Source: Alphaproteobacteria bacterium (lineage in GTDB: Bacteria > Pseudomonadota > Alphaproteobacteria > UBA828). From it: a stretch of DNA of 64,000 nt. The position numbers and the translations under genes were made by a program. Under the pieces are notes generated by a model. That model did not search any database. It saw only the letters and a list, made by a program, of their open reading frames with translations, and was not told the origin of the DNA. The stretch covers positions 96,001 through 160,000 of the forward strand of contig CBDCQT010000012.1 of NCBI GenBank assembly GCA_965220745.1, given 5' to 3'. Shown here piece by piece: positions 52,068 to 62,368 of the stretch (within the stretch, counting starts at the first letter, position 1; each line of letters begins with the position of its first letter).

Positions 52068-52886
52068 GTGCTGGGGCAGCACCGCTCGACCCAGCGCCGC
52101 ATCCCGCGCGGCCGCGACGACGAGGACCGCCTGGTCGCGTACATGATCGAGCTGGCCCGCCAGTACGGCCGTTACGGCTATCGCCGCATCGCGGCCCTGC
52201 TTCGCGATGCCGGCTGGCAGGTCAACGACAAGCGGATCGAGCGCTTGTGGCGGCGCGAGGGGCTGAAGGTGCCCGGCAAGCAACCGAAGCGGGGCCGGCT
52301 TTGGCTCAATGACGGCTCCTGCATCCGGCTGCGCGCCGAGAGGGCGGATCACGTCTGGTCCTACGACTTCGTCCATCACCGGACGTATGACGGCAGGGCC
52401 TTCCGCATGCTCAACGTCCTGGACGAGTTCACCCGCGAGAGCCTGGTCATCCGGGTGCGCAGGAGGCTTTCCTCGATCGACGTCATCGATGTGCTGACCG
52501 ACCTGTTCATCCTGCGCGGCATTCCGACCTGGATCCGTTCCGACAACGGTCCGGAGTTCGTCGCCGAGGCCGTCAGGCGGTGGATCGCTGCGGTCAGCGC
52601 CCGCACCGCCTTCATCGAGCCGGGCTCACCCTGGGAGAACGGCTACATCGAGAGCTTCAATGCGCGGCTGCGCGACGAGCTCCTGAACGGGGAGATCTTC
52701 TACACCCTGAAGGAAGCCCAGGTTCTCATCGAATCGTGGCGGTGCCATTACAACGCGATCCGCCCACACGGCAGCCTGGGATACCGGCCGCCCGCCCCGG
52801 AGACGATCATCATGCCAAGCTGGCCGCCCGGCTCCGCTACGCTCCGCCGGCCACCCAGCTTGGCCGAGGAACCCGCGATGCACTAA
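52068..52886 (+). CDS. IS3 transposase OrfB
   Basis: Same protein as copy 1. Confidence 0.9.
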   Translation: MLGQHRSTQRRIPRGRDDEDRLVAYMIELARQYGRYGYRRIAALLRDAGWQVNDKRIERLWRREGLKVPGKQPKRGRLWLNDGSCIRLRAERADHVWSYDFVHHRTYDGRAFRMLNVLDEFTRESLVIRVRRRLSSIDVIDVLTDLFILRGIPTWIRSDNGPEFVAEAVRRWIAAVSARTAFIEPGSPWENGYIESFNARLRDELLNGEIFYTLKEAQVLIESWRCHYNAIRPHGSLGYRPPAPETIIMPSWPPGSATLRRPPSLAEEPAMH

Positions 52887-52920
52887 CATTCGACCTGGAC
52901 CAGTCGACGGGGGCAGGTCA

Positions 52921-53699
52921 CATGATCGAGCTGGCCCGCCAGTACGGCCGTTACGGCTATCGCCGCATCGCGGCCCTGCTTCGCGATGCCGGCTGGCAGG
53001 TCAACGACAAGCGGATCGAGCGCTTGTGGCGGCGCGAGGGGCTGAAGGTGCCCGGCAAGCAACCGAAGCGGGGCCGGCTTTGGCTCAATGACGGCTCCTG
53101 CATCCGGCTGCGCGCCGAGAGGGCGGATCACGTCTGGTCCTACGACTTCGTCCATCACCGGACGTATGACGGCAGGGCCTTCCGCATGCTCAACGTCCTG
53201 GACGAGTTCACCCGCGAGAGCCTGGTCATCCGGGTGCGCAGGAGGCTTTCCTCGATCGACGTCATCGATGTGCTGACCGACCTGTTCATCCTGCGCGGCA
53301 TTCCGACCTGGATCCGTTCCGACAACGGTCCGGAGTTCGTCGCCGAGGCCGTCAGGCGGTGGATCGCTGCGGTCAGCGCCCGCACCGCCTTCATCGAGCC
53401 GGGCTCACCCTGGGAGAACGGCTACATCGAGAGCTTCAATGCGCGGCTGCGCGACGAGCTCCTGAACGGGGAGATCTTCTACACCCTGAAGGAAGCCCAG
53501 GTTCTCATCGAATCGTGGCGGTGCCATTACAACGCGATCCGCCCACACGGCAGCCTGGGATACCGGCCGCCGGCCCCGGAGACGATCATCATGCCAAGCT
53601 GGCCGCCCGGCTCCGCTACGCTCCGCCAGTCACCCAGCTTGGCCGGCAAACCCGCAATGCACTAACATTCGACTTGGACCAGTCGACGGGGGCAGGTCA
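52921..53699 (+). mobile_element. Partial IS3 copy (right ~780 bp) fused directly to copy 3
   Basis: Starts inside orfB (MIELARQ) and ends with IRR; a few substitutions near the 3' end. Confidence 0.9.
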
Positions 53700-54761
53700 G
53701 CGCTCGGCGAAGACCGATTGTCGCTCCTCCAGATGCCGCATGGCGCGTCTGACAATCTCCAGCGCGGAGGGAACCGTGGGAAGGACCATCGGTTGCCTGG
53801 AGCGCGTCACGGAAGGAACGGTGGCCAGACCCATCTCCCGCACGCGCTCGGTCCAACTCGTCTCCAGCATCGCCCGCACCGGCTCCGCCTTGCGCTTGCG
53901 CATCGCGTACGACGCGATCTGCGTCGAGCGCTGGCTGTAGGCCAGCTCCTGCTTCTCAAGGTAGTCCAGGATATCGCTCCTGCGCGTCGAGAATGCGTCG
54001 CGGAGCTCCTTGTCGTAGCCCGCGATCTCGAAGCTTTGTATCCGACCCGCCATCGCGGGCAGAATCGAATAGCCCTTCTCTATCAGCCTCCGTGAAAGCT
54101 CGTTCCGGTAATACGCCCCGATCAGCCTCGCGTTGCGGTGCAGCGAGATCGGCTCGACGCTCTTCCACCGGCCCTGCGCATCCCGGGTCATGTTGGCGAT
54201 CACCGCATGGGTGTACAGCTGCGGGTCCAGGTTGCGGCTCGCGATATGGCGGAAGGTCGCCGCCACCATCGAAGGCGACTTGATCCGGGGCCGCCTGCGG
54301 GTGGCAGGGTCCCACCCCCGGGTCTCCAGCATCGTGTCCTCGATCCAGTCGAGGGTCGTGCGCACCGCCTCGTCATGCGCGCGCATCACACCCCGGTGGC
54401 CGCACGGGTGCTTCTCCGTCGGCAACAACGCCGCGAGCGACACCGACTTCGGGGCCGAAAAGGTGATGTCGAAACCCGGCCGATGCTCGTGCTGTCCGTC
54501 ACGGAGGCGCCCGAGCCGCACGTCCGTTCCGATCACATGGCCCTTGAGCAGCTTGTCGAACTTCCCCGCCCAGACATGCATACCGAGTTCCAGCCCAAGG
54601 GCACGCGCGCCGCGCCCGTGCCAGGCGCTGCCGTTCCGGTGCTCGGCCTGCTTCGCCTGCTGTAGCGCCCCGTCATCGTTCTTCAGATAATGGCCGCCAT
54701 CCTGCTGAAAATACTTCGAAGTGGCGGAGGAGGAGGTCAGATTGCGGACTGTCGAGACCAT
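53700..54761 (-). pseudogene. Second MOBF relaxase, truncated by IS3
   Basis: Collinear with first ~350 aa of 45767-51298; GGHY for GGYY and QLYTH for QLHTH. Confidence 0.88.
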
Positions 54762-55062
54762 GACGCGGGATCATAGTGATCTCCTGGCGAAATTGCGGCG
54801 CAAATGACACCCTGGTCCCGCGAGCACCATAGACGCGCGCGGCGAGTTCTGGTGCATCGCGGCGCGCCGCCCCGGCCGATCGTCTCGAGCTGACGCCTCG
54901 CCGCCTCAAGGTTGTGTGGCTGAGCCCGGTGGAGGCTGACGAGAAACGTCTCCTCGCGGGTCATGCGTCACCTTCGCCACCGCGCACCACAGGCTGGCTC
55001 GGACATTTGACGACAACTCCGCCTGCCGTATCGTGATCCGGCAAGTGGAGGAGTTATCGGCG

Positions 55063-55374
55063 ATGGCGACCTTGACGCGGGCGGATCTGGCGAAGGCCGT
55101 CAGCGAGGAGACGGGATGGACGCAGCGCGACGCGAGGACGTTCGTGGACGCGGCATTCGAGGAGATCATGGCGCGCCTTGAGGCCGGAGAGACGGTGAAG
55201 CTCAGCGGCTTCGGCAGCTTTGGGTTGCGCGACAAGGCGGCGCGGACGGGGCGCAATCCGAAGACGCGGGCGGCTGCGCCGATAGTGCCGCGCCGGGTGG
55301 TGGTCTTCCGGGCTTCCCATGTATTGAAGAAGCGGATCGGCAAAGGGATGTCCGGTGGCGAGAACGGCGGTTAG
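55063..55374 (+). CDS. ihfA: Integration host factor alpha-like protein
   Basis: TLTRADL, VKLSGFG.F.LRDK..R.GRNPKT...I.PRRVV.FRAS..LK. Confidence 0.88.
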   Translation: MATLTRADLAKAVSEETGWTQRDARTFVDAAFEEIMARLEAGETVKLSGFGSFGLRDKAARTGRNPKTRAAAPIVPRRVVVFRASHVLKKRIGKGMSGGENGG

Positions 55375-55439
55375 GAATTTGAAAGCTTCGCTGCTACAAG
55401 TGCGCGGCACCTTCACTACGGACAGGCAAATATAGCATC

Positions 55440-55730
55440 ATGGACCAGACAACTTCGAGCGGTTTCGACGAGAGTACTCTCTCCAAGGGAGAGATTCGCA
55501 AGCTGAACGCGTTGCGAAAGTCAGTGGGCACGGAGATCGGCGACAAGGCGTTCGCCGAATGGTTGTCGTCACGTTCGAACGGGTCGAACGAGGAGGCCTC
55601 CAACGCAGATAAAGATCGTCGATATCCTGTGGCCGCTCGTCCAGGCAGGAACACTGAAGATCCCGCGAGGCGGCTACCTGCTGAGACGCGGACGCGGCAG
55701 GATTATCGCGGAGCGTGCGCAGACATAGAT
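55440..55730 (+). pseudogene. Small hypothetical gene, probably frameshifted near 55610
   Basis: KGEIRKLNALRKSVG..IG..AF..W continues plausibly in another frame as IVDILWPLVQAGTLKIPRGGYLLRRGRGR. Confidence 0.45.
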
Positions 55731-55965
55731 GGTTTGGCCCCGGCCCTGGCAGAGGGGCGGCAGACGCGGAGACATGCGAGTCAGCCTTGACGACGGCGCC
55801 TGAGCGGTCGGCCGACGCGCGGAATGGCAGAGGAGCCGGTTCCGCCGGGTCGCCGCCGGCAAGCGCGCTAACGGTTGCGGCGGCACCGGCGCGGGCTTCC
55901 TCGGATGACTGCCGGTTGTCGCCGTCTGTTGACCCGCCGGCGCGCCAGTCGCTAATTCCTCATGC

Positions 55966-56095
55966 CATGAGCCACACCGGGGAACAGATCGAGCTTCTGT
56001 CGGACCTGCTGGACCGGGCAATGCCGGAGCGGGACGCGATGTCGATCGTCGAGCTGGACGCCATGAACGACATCAAGGCGGTCCCTGCGAGCTAG
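55966..56095 (+). pseudogene. Possible UPF0149/YecA N-terminal fragment at right island edge
   Basis: L..LL......DAM...ELD pattern, then abrupt end. Confidence 0.35.
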
Positions 56096-56167
56096 GAATT
56101 AATTTAATAGCGGTTACAAATATTTTCCGGCGATTCTTCGCGGGATAGATGTTGTCTGAGAGGTGCC

Positions 56168-56611
56168 ATGCCGTACACAATCTTTCGCAACCGTGTGTCT
56201 GCCGCTCCTGCCACGATTTGGACTGTTCTTCTCGACGATCTTTCCGAACGAATTGGAGGGAACTTCGCTATTGAGTCGAGCGATTTGGAACAACACGGTG
56301 AGCACGTTTGGGAGAGGCCAAGCGCCGCAACTGACGATGTTGCCATTGAAAACATCGCAGCCAACGTAAAGGAAATGCGTATCACCTGCTCACTGATCGA
56401 GAGGCCGTACTACGAAGGTACAAACGTCACACAAATCGTCGCACCGCACTGGCGCGATCCCGACCGGCAGCTCACGCTGTCGATGAGCATGACCTGGCAG
56501 CCTTTGGATTCAACACTCAAGCAATCAGATATGCGAGCTCGTCTTCGCGACGAGGTCAATCGCCTCAAGGGGCTTGCGGAGAAATTGGAGCGGCGACAGT
56601 CGGTCGAATAG
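56168..56611 (+). CDS. Hypothetical protein, possible SRPBCC/START-like fold
   Basis: RBS GAGG, V.A....IW..L N-terminus and C-terminal LK.LAE helix. Confidence 0.55.
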   Translation: MPYTIFRNRVSAAPATIWTVLLDDLSERIGGNFAIESSDLEQHGEHVWERPSAATDDVAIENIAANVKEMRITCSLIERPYYEGTNVTQIVAPHWRDPDRQLTLSMSMTWQPLDSTLKQSDMRARLRDEVNRLKGLAEKLERRQSVE

Positions 56612-56852
56612 GCGTTCTTTATCGAGACGGTAGGGACCAGGGAAAGACCTCGCACTTAAAGAGGCTGTGCTTTGCGGCCGCGCGTAGGTTTGCTTGCCGG
56701 TCCAAGGCAGTAGGAGTACCGTCGATCATGGCGGTTTCGTTACACAGAAACGGGGGCGTTCCGACAGGGAATCCGCATCCAGTCGCGGAGCTTTACGTCG
56801 CACCATCGCCAGGAATGCAATGAATCACGCGGACTGACGCCGAGGAGGGAGC

Positions 56853-58016
56853 ATGTACGTCGCCACCAAAGACCGACCTCTTGCAACCACAATCACGGGC
56901 TCGCTGCCTCGACCACAGTGGTTCACCACGGGCTTAGACCGAAAGGCATTCTCGGTCAGCATGGGTGGGCGCCTCTTTCGCGAACAGTACACCGATGCGG
57001 TCCAATGTTTGCTCGGGGACCAGAAACGAGCGGGTCTTGATATCCTGGTCGATGGCGATATGCGTTTCGACCTGGATATCGGCGGCCGGTCCTGGTTCGG
57101 CTACATTTTCGATCGCTTGGATGGGCTGGGCTCTGTGGATGTGCGTCCGCAACCGCAATACCCCTCGCCTCGAGAGCAGACGCCGGGCGATATCCTTCAT
57201 GAAATCAGCGAGACACGCATGCCACCGGTGGTCGAGGGGCCCGTTGGCAGGGGCCGACTCGAATACACCGACGTTTGGAAAGCGGCTCAGCGTCTCGTTT
57301 CTGAGCCGGTCAAGCTTGGTTGTTGCTCGGTTCAGTGGATCGAAATGTATGCCAACAATCAACACTATAAGACTCGAGAAGACACTCTTTTTGCCATGTC
57401 GGAGGCGCTGAACGAGGAGCATCATGAGCTAGCGGATGCAGGTTGCCCCATCATTCAGATCGAGGAGCCTGCAATCCACTTCAACGACAACGGGAATCTC
57501 GGTATTTCACAAGATAAATACGTCGAAGCCTTCAACACAGAGGTGCGCGGACTGCGCGATAAGACCGAAGTCTGGTGTCACACCTGTTGGGGCAACCCCT
57601 TCGCGCAAAAAATCGAAGTGGGCCCCAACTATAAGGCTAGCCTTGAATACCTGAATCAACTCGACGTCGACGTCATCACGTTTGAAACAGCAGCCGATGG
57701 TGGCGCTGAAATTGCCGATATCGCCGCCGGCATTAGTAGCGACAAGAAGATATGCATCGGCGGTATTTACCACCGCACCTTAGAGGTCGAGCGGCCCAAG
57801 GAGGTGGCCGGATTAATCCGCAAGGCACTGGACCATATCGAGCCCGAACGCCTCCTGATCAGCTCCGATTGCGGCTTCGGCAGGCAAGGGATGAGCCGCA
57901 CGCACGCCTTCTACAAGATGGTCTCGCTAGTTGCCGGGACCAACATGGTGCGCAAGGAGCTGGGCCTCGAGGAGGCGCCAATTTTGGCAGCCGATAAGCG
58001 CTATTCGTTCATGTAG
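56853..58016 (+). CDS. Cobalamin-independent methionine synthase catalytic-domain (MetE C-terminal-like) protein
   Basis: GSLPRP, GLDI..DG, IQIEEP, HTCWGN and DCGFG zinc ligands. Confidence 0.85.
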   Translation: MYVATKDRPLATTITGSLPRPQWFTTGLDRKAFSVSMGGRLFREQYTDAVQCLLGDQKRAGLDILVDGDMRFDLDIGGRSWFGYIFDRLDGLGSVDVRPQPQYPSPREQTPGDILHEISETRMPPVVEGPVGRGRLEYTDVWKAAQRLVSEPVKLGCCSVQWIEMYANNQHYKTREDTLFAMSEALNEEHHELADAGCPIIQIEEPAIHFNDNGNLGISQDKYVEAFNTEVRGLRDKTEVWCHTCWGNPFAQKIEVGPNYKASLEYLNQLDVDVITFETAADGGAEIADIAAGISSDKKICIGGIYHRTLEVERPKEVAGLIRKALDHIEPERLLISSDCGFGRQGMSRTHAFYKMVSLVAGTNMVRKELGLEEAPILAADKRYSFM

Positions 58017-58105
58017 ATTGGTGGCGGCAGTCACCAACGTATCGACCCGCGATGTCGGCAGGCCGACCAGCCAGTCTCGTTATCCGCAAGCCCACTCCTT
58101 AGGAA

Positions 58106-59545
58106 TTAGATGTCGGGCGTTGTGCCGCGCCAAGGATTAGCGCTTTCGTAGGCTGCGGAAGCCCGAAAGACGCTGACGTCGTCATAAGTACGCCCGACAA
58201 TCTGCATGCCCGTGGGCACTCCAGTTGTAGCGAAACCGGTGGGCACCGTGGCGACCGGACACTGGCTGACGAGATTGAAGGGATAGGTCAGGCACCACTG
58301 CAACATCGCGTCGACCGGCTTGCCGTTGATGGTGTAATCGGGGTCGTCGCACCTGTGCCAAGCGTCGACGGAGGGCGCAGCAAGCGTCGGGCAGATCAAG
58401 TAGTCGTAGCTCTTCAGCACTTTACCGAGACGATCGTACATCTGTGTCCGTACGAACTCAGTCTGTTTGACACGAACGTGGCTATGGTTCATCCCGGTGT
58501 GCAGCAGTTCGCGAACGTAAGGATCCATCTGATACTGCCAGCGCGGCAGATACTGCCCCGCTACCGACGCAAACAACCCTTGCCAATGGGTCATCCAGGC
58601 GTCGTACACATCCATTGTCCACCCGAGATCGATCTCGTCGATCTGGGCTCCAAGCGACCTGAAGACCTCGGCCGCCGCCCGGGCGTTCCTCTCGACGTCC
58701 GTGTCGATCTCGTAATAGCCAAGGTCGATCGAGAAGGCGAACTTCTTGCCCTCAACACCGCCGAGCTTGTCGAGTTCGGGAATGCGCAGCTTCGGCCTGA
58801 GCGTGGTGATGTCCCCTTCCCAAGGGCCGCACATGACGTTTTGCATGAGGCGGGCGTCTTCGACGCTCCGCGTCATCGGGCCGAAGTGCAGGATGAGTTC
58901 GAGGTTGGTTTCCAGAATCCCGACCGGATTGCGCCCGAAGCTCGGCTTCACGCCGAATATGCCGCAGGCCGAAGACGGAATGCGCACCGAGCCGCCGCCG
59001 TCGGTGCCATCGGCGAGCGTCGTCATGCCCGACGCGACAGAAGCGCCCGCCCCTCCCGACGAGCCGCCGGAGCTGTACGCCGTGTTCCAGGGATTGCGGG
59101 TCGCACCCCATAGCGGACTGTGGCAATGCCCGGTATGGGCGAACTCCGGCGTGGTTGTGCGGGCATGCATGATGACGCCGGCGTTGAACAGGCGCTGGAC
59201 GGTGGGGGCCGTAAACTCCGAACGCACGCCCTCATAGACGCGCGACCCCCACGTGGTGATCTCACCCTTGACCGGGTGCAGGTCCTTGATGGCGCAGGGA
59301 ATGCCTTCGAGCGCGCGCACGCGCCCGTCAGTCTTGCCATACTTCTCTTCGGCCTTCCGAGCCTGTTCGAGCGCGCGCTCGTAGAAGGTATAAGTGTATG
59401 CGTTCACCTTGGGGTTTACCGCCTCGGAGCGGGCGATAACCGCCTCGGTGAGTTCGACCGGTGAGAGCTTGCGCGCCTTGAAGAGAGCGAGCGCCTCGCT
59501 CGCGGTCGTGTAGCAGAGATCCGTGCCTGAATCCGTCATTGCCAT
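58106..59545 (-). CDS. Amidase (amidase signature family)
   Basis: G.P.AIKD, GGSSGG, GTDGGGSVRIP. Confidence 0.92.
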   Translation of the reverse strand: MAMTDSGTDLCYTTASEALALFKARKLSPVELTEAVIARSEAVNPKVNAYTYTFYERALEQARKAEEKYGKTDGRVRALEGIPCAIKDLHPVKGEITTWGSRVYEGVRSEFTAPTVQRLFNAGVIMHARTTTPEFAHTGHCHSPLWGATRNPWNTAYSSGGSSGGAGASVASGMTTLADGTDGGGSVRIPSSACGIFGVKPSFGRNPVGILETNLELILHFGPMTRSVEDARLMQNVMCGPWEGDITTLRPKLRIPELDKLGGVEGKKFAFSIDLGYYEIDTDVERNARAAAEVFRSLGAQIDEIDLGWTMDVYDAWMTHWQGLFASVAGQYLPRWQYQMDPYVRELLHTGMNHSHVRVKQTEFVRTQMYDRLGKVLKSYDYLICPTLAAPSVDAWHRCDDPDYTINGKPVDAMLQWCLTYPFNLVSQCPVATVPTGFATTGVPTGMQIVGRTYDDVSVFRASAAYESANPWRGTTPDI

Positions 59546-59684
59546 TCTCCCGGCTGCAGCTGGTCAACGCCCAAGCGATGCAAGGCCGCCACGCGTGCGC
59601 AGCGGATCGTGCAGCACGCAGGCGGACTAAACAATTCCGTACAGGCGCTCGTTCGCGCGCTCTTTTCGTCGACGACGATGGGCG

Positions 59685-60773
59685 TCACTCGACGATGCCC
59701 GATCTCCGCGCGTCGCTAAGCCAGGGCACGCGGGGGACGATGTATCGCCGCCATGCGTTCTCGATGAGGCCGACGACTCCTTCACGCAGGAGCACGATGA
59801 ACGCGACCGTTATGGCGCCGAAGGCGATCATGCGCCACTCGCCGAGGTCCTTCATCAGCTCGTTGGCCACCATGATGATGATGCAACCGATGATCGGGCC
59901 CCAGCGGCTGCCGAGACCGCCGACCACCAGCATCGAGAGAAGGAACAGGAGAAGGTCGAGATCGAGCAGCGACGGCCCGATCGTCCGGAAATGGGCCGCG
60001 TAAACCGAGCCCATCAACCCGGTGAAGAAGCCCGACAGCCCGAACACCAAAATCTGATACTTGACGCGGGCGATACCGCGCGACGCAGCCAGCGGCTGGT
60101 TGTCGCGTAGCGCGCGGAACGCCGAGCCGAACGGGCTCTTGATGATGACGAAGGCGAAGATCGTATTGATGACCAGCAGCAGGAGGCCGAGATAGTAGGT
60201 GCCGAGCGGCACCTGCTTGTAGGCGACCCACTCGCGGAAGCCGAGGTCGCCGAACTTCATCAGACCGCGCGGACCGCCCGTCAACGGGTAGCAGATCTTG
60301 CCTTCGTAGAAGAAGCAGTTCACATCGCTCTGCACGAGGGCCTGTATGACAACGGCTATGGCGAGCGTCAGCAGCAGGACATAGGGTCCGTGCAGGCGCA
60401 GTGTCGCCGCGCCGATCACGACACTGACGAAGATTGCAAAAACCGCGCCGACCCAGGCGCCGTACCAGAGCGAAATGTCGAGATAGAAGCCGAGCATCGC
60501 GGCGGCGTAGCCGCCGAGGAAGAACACGGCCATCTGTGCCAAGGAGTAGATGCCGGCCACGCCGAACACCAGGTTCCACTGGGTGATCACGCAGCACCAG
60601 ATGAAGAACAGAGTGATCTGGCCCAGGATGTACTTGCCCGGGCTGAGGACGGGGATGATGATCCCGACGGCCAGCAGGACGAGGCCGATGGCGAGATCGA
60701 GCCTCAAGTCCTGGCGGCGAGCGGCGGCGTAGGCGCCGCGACTTCCGTGCGCGGGCGTGGAAGGTGCCGTCAT
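59685..60773 (-). CDS. livM: Branched-chain amino acid-type ABC transporter permease
   Basis: LRL.G.Y..L.TLA, SPFG..FRA.RDN, GGLGS..GP. Confidence 0.85.
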   Translation of the reverse strand: MTAPSTPAHGSRGAYAAARRQDLRLDLAIGLVLLAVGIIIPVLSPGKYILGQITLFFIWCCVITQWNLVFGVAGIYSLAQMAVFFLGGYAAAMLGFYLDISLWYGAWVGAVFAIFVSVVIGAATLRLHGPYVLLLTLAIAVVIQALVQSDVNCFFYEGKICYPLTGGPRGLMKFGDLGFREWVAYKQVPLGTYYLGLLLLVINTIFAFVIIKSPFGSAFRALRDNQPLAASRGIARVKYQILVFGLSGFFTGLMGSVYAAHFRTIGPSLLDLDLLLFLLSMLVVGGLGSRWGPIIGCIIIMVANELMKDLGEWRMIAFGAITVAFIVLLREGVVGLIENAWRRYIVPRVPWLSDARRSGIVE

Positions 60774-61648
60774 ACGCGGGTGACCCTGCGCCGGCCAAAT
60801 ACGCCGTAGGGCTTCCACAGCAACACGATGATGACGAGCACCAGCATGGCGGGGAAGCCGTAGCGCGCACCGGCGCCGTAGCTGACGGCCGATTCGAACC
60901 ATCCGAGCACGAACGAGGCCACGAAGGCAGCCGGCAGATTACCGAGCCCGGCGATGACGCAAATGATGAAGGCCTTGAGCAGGGGCTCGTGGCCGACATA
61001 GGGCGACATCGGAATGACGGCCGTCAGCAGGACACCTGACGCCGCGGCAATCACACCGGCGATCACCATGACCAGCAGGAAGATTCGCTCCACCGGAACG
61101 CCCATGAGCTGGGCGGCGTCGCGGTCCTGGGCGACTGCGAGAATGGCCGTTCCCGCGCGGGTCTTGTTGAGGTACCAGCTCAGGATCAACATGATGACCA
61201 GCGCGATACCCAGATTGATCAGGCTCTGGTAACGCATGGTCACCGAGCCCATGAGAATCCCGTCATCGACCAGGAAGGGCTGCTTCTTGGCGTAGGCGGT
61301 GAAAATCTTGACCAGCAAGTTCTCGATGACGATGGCGACGCCGACGGTCGCGATGACGATGCTGGTGTCGAACGTCGGCACCCGGTACATCCACTTGACC
61401 GTGATGTAGTAGAGCACCGCGCCGGCTACAAAGCCCACCACGAGGGACGCCAGGAACCCCAGCCACCAGGGAACCGGCAGATACTCGACCAAAGCAAACG
61501 AGGCGTAGCCGCCGATTGCGAGCATCGCGCCCAACGCCATGTTGAGCATGCCGATTGAGCCCCATACCAGCGAAAGGGCGATCGACGCCGCGGCGTACAT
61601 TGCGCCGAGGCTGAGGCCGCTTTCGAAGATGACCAGGAAGGCTGTCAC
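60770..61648 (-). CDS. livH: Branched-chain amino acid-type ABC transporter permease
   Basis: G.MYA....LSLV.G....LN.A.G, AVAQD...A.LMG, KAF. Confidence 0.85.
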   Translation of the reverse strand: MTAFLVIFESGLSLGAMYAAASIALSLVWGSIGMLNMALGAMLAIGGYASFALVEYLPVPWWLGFLASLVVGFVAGAVLYYITVKWMYRVPTFDTSIVIATVGVAIVIENLLVKIFTAYAKKQPFLVDDGILMGSVTMRYQSLINLGIALVIMLILSWYLNKTRAGTAILAVAQDRDAAQLMGVPVERIFLLVMVIAGVIAAASGVLLTAVIPMSPYVGHEPLLKAFIICVIAGLGNLPAAFVASFVLGWFESAVSYGAGARYGFPAMLVLVIIVLLWKPYGVFGRRRVTRV

Positions 61649-61654
61649 CGGTGC

Positions 61655-62368
61655 TTACCCTCCCAGGTACGTTTCGAGAATTTTCTCGTGTCTCATCAAC
61701 TCGTCCGGCTCTCCTTCCCACACGAACTCGCCGTGATCGACCAAGTAGACGTAATCGGCGAAATCCACGATGCGGCTGATGTTCTCCTCGACGATAAGGA
61801 TGGTGCGGCCCTCGGCCTTGAGGTCGCGAATCACGTCATAGATCTGGTCGACAACGATGGGGGCGAGCCCGAGCGAGGGCTCGTCGATGAGCATGATCCT
61901 GCCTGCCGACATCAGGCCCCGACCGAGCGCGAGCATACGCCGCTCTCCGCCCGACAGCGTACTGGCGGTCTGGCTCTGACGCTCCTCCAGACGCGGGAAA
62001 ATCTCGAAGACGCCCTTCAGTCGCTGACCGATTTCACTCTTGGGCGCGAGGTAGGCACCCATGGTGAGGTTCTTCAGGACAGTCAGGTCCGTGAAAATGA
62101 GATCGCCTTGCGGGATGTGAACCACCCCTCGTTGCACAACCTTGTCCGCCCGCAGACCCTTGATCGACGTACCGTCCAGTCGGATGTCACCACCCATGAT
62201 GGGGATCAACGACGAGATCGCCCGTAACAGGGTCGTCTTGCCGTGACCGTTCGGGCCGATGATGCCGACGGCGCCGCCGTCGTCGACGTGCAAGGAGAGA
62301 TCCCGGAGCACTGGCTGGCCGTGATAGCCGGCCGTGAGGCCATCGAGTTCAAGACGAGTCGTGGCCAT
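61655..62368 (-). CDS. livF: ABC transporter ATP-binding protein
   Basis: GPNGHGKTT, LSGGE, DEPSLGLAP. Confidence 0.9.
   Translation of the reverse strand: MATTRLELDGLTAGYHGQPVLRDLSLHVDDGGAVGIIGPNGHGKTTLLRAISSLIPIMGGDIRLDGTSIKGLRADKVVQRGVVHIPQGDLIFTDLTVLKNLTMGAYLAPKSEIGQRLKGVFEIFPRLEERQSQTASTLSGGERRMLALGRGLMSAGRIMLIDEPSLGLAPIVVDQIYDVIRDLKAEGRTILIVEENISRIVDFADYVYLVDHGEFVWEGEPDELMRHEKILETYLGG

Larger units (their letters stand above)
51658..52920 (+). mobile_element. IS3-family insertion sequence, copy 3 (no TSD)
   Basis: 1263 bp, IRL variant TCGGATTGG. Confidence 0.95.

Noticed and set aside
52580-53665. 361-aa ORF as a novel transposase
   Set aside because: Produced by read-through from IS3 copy 3 into the adjacent partial copy.
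56095-56120. Right-end att repeat matching 5358 (TAGCGGT)
   Set aside because: A match of only 7 bp is not distinguishable from chance.
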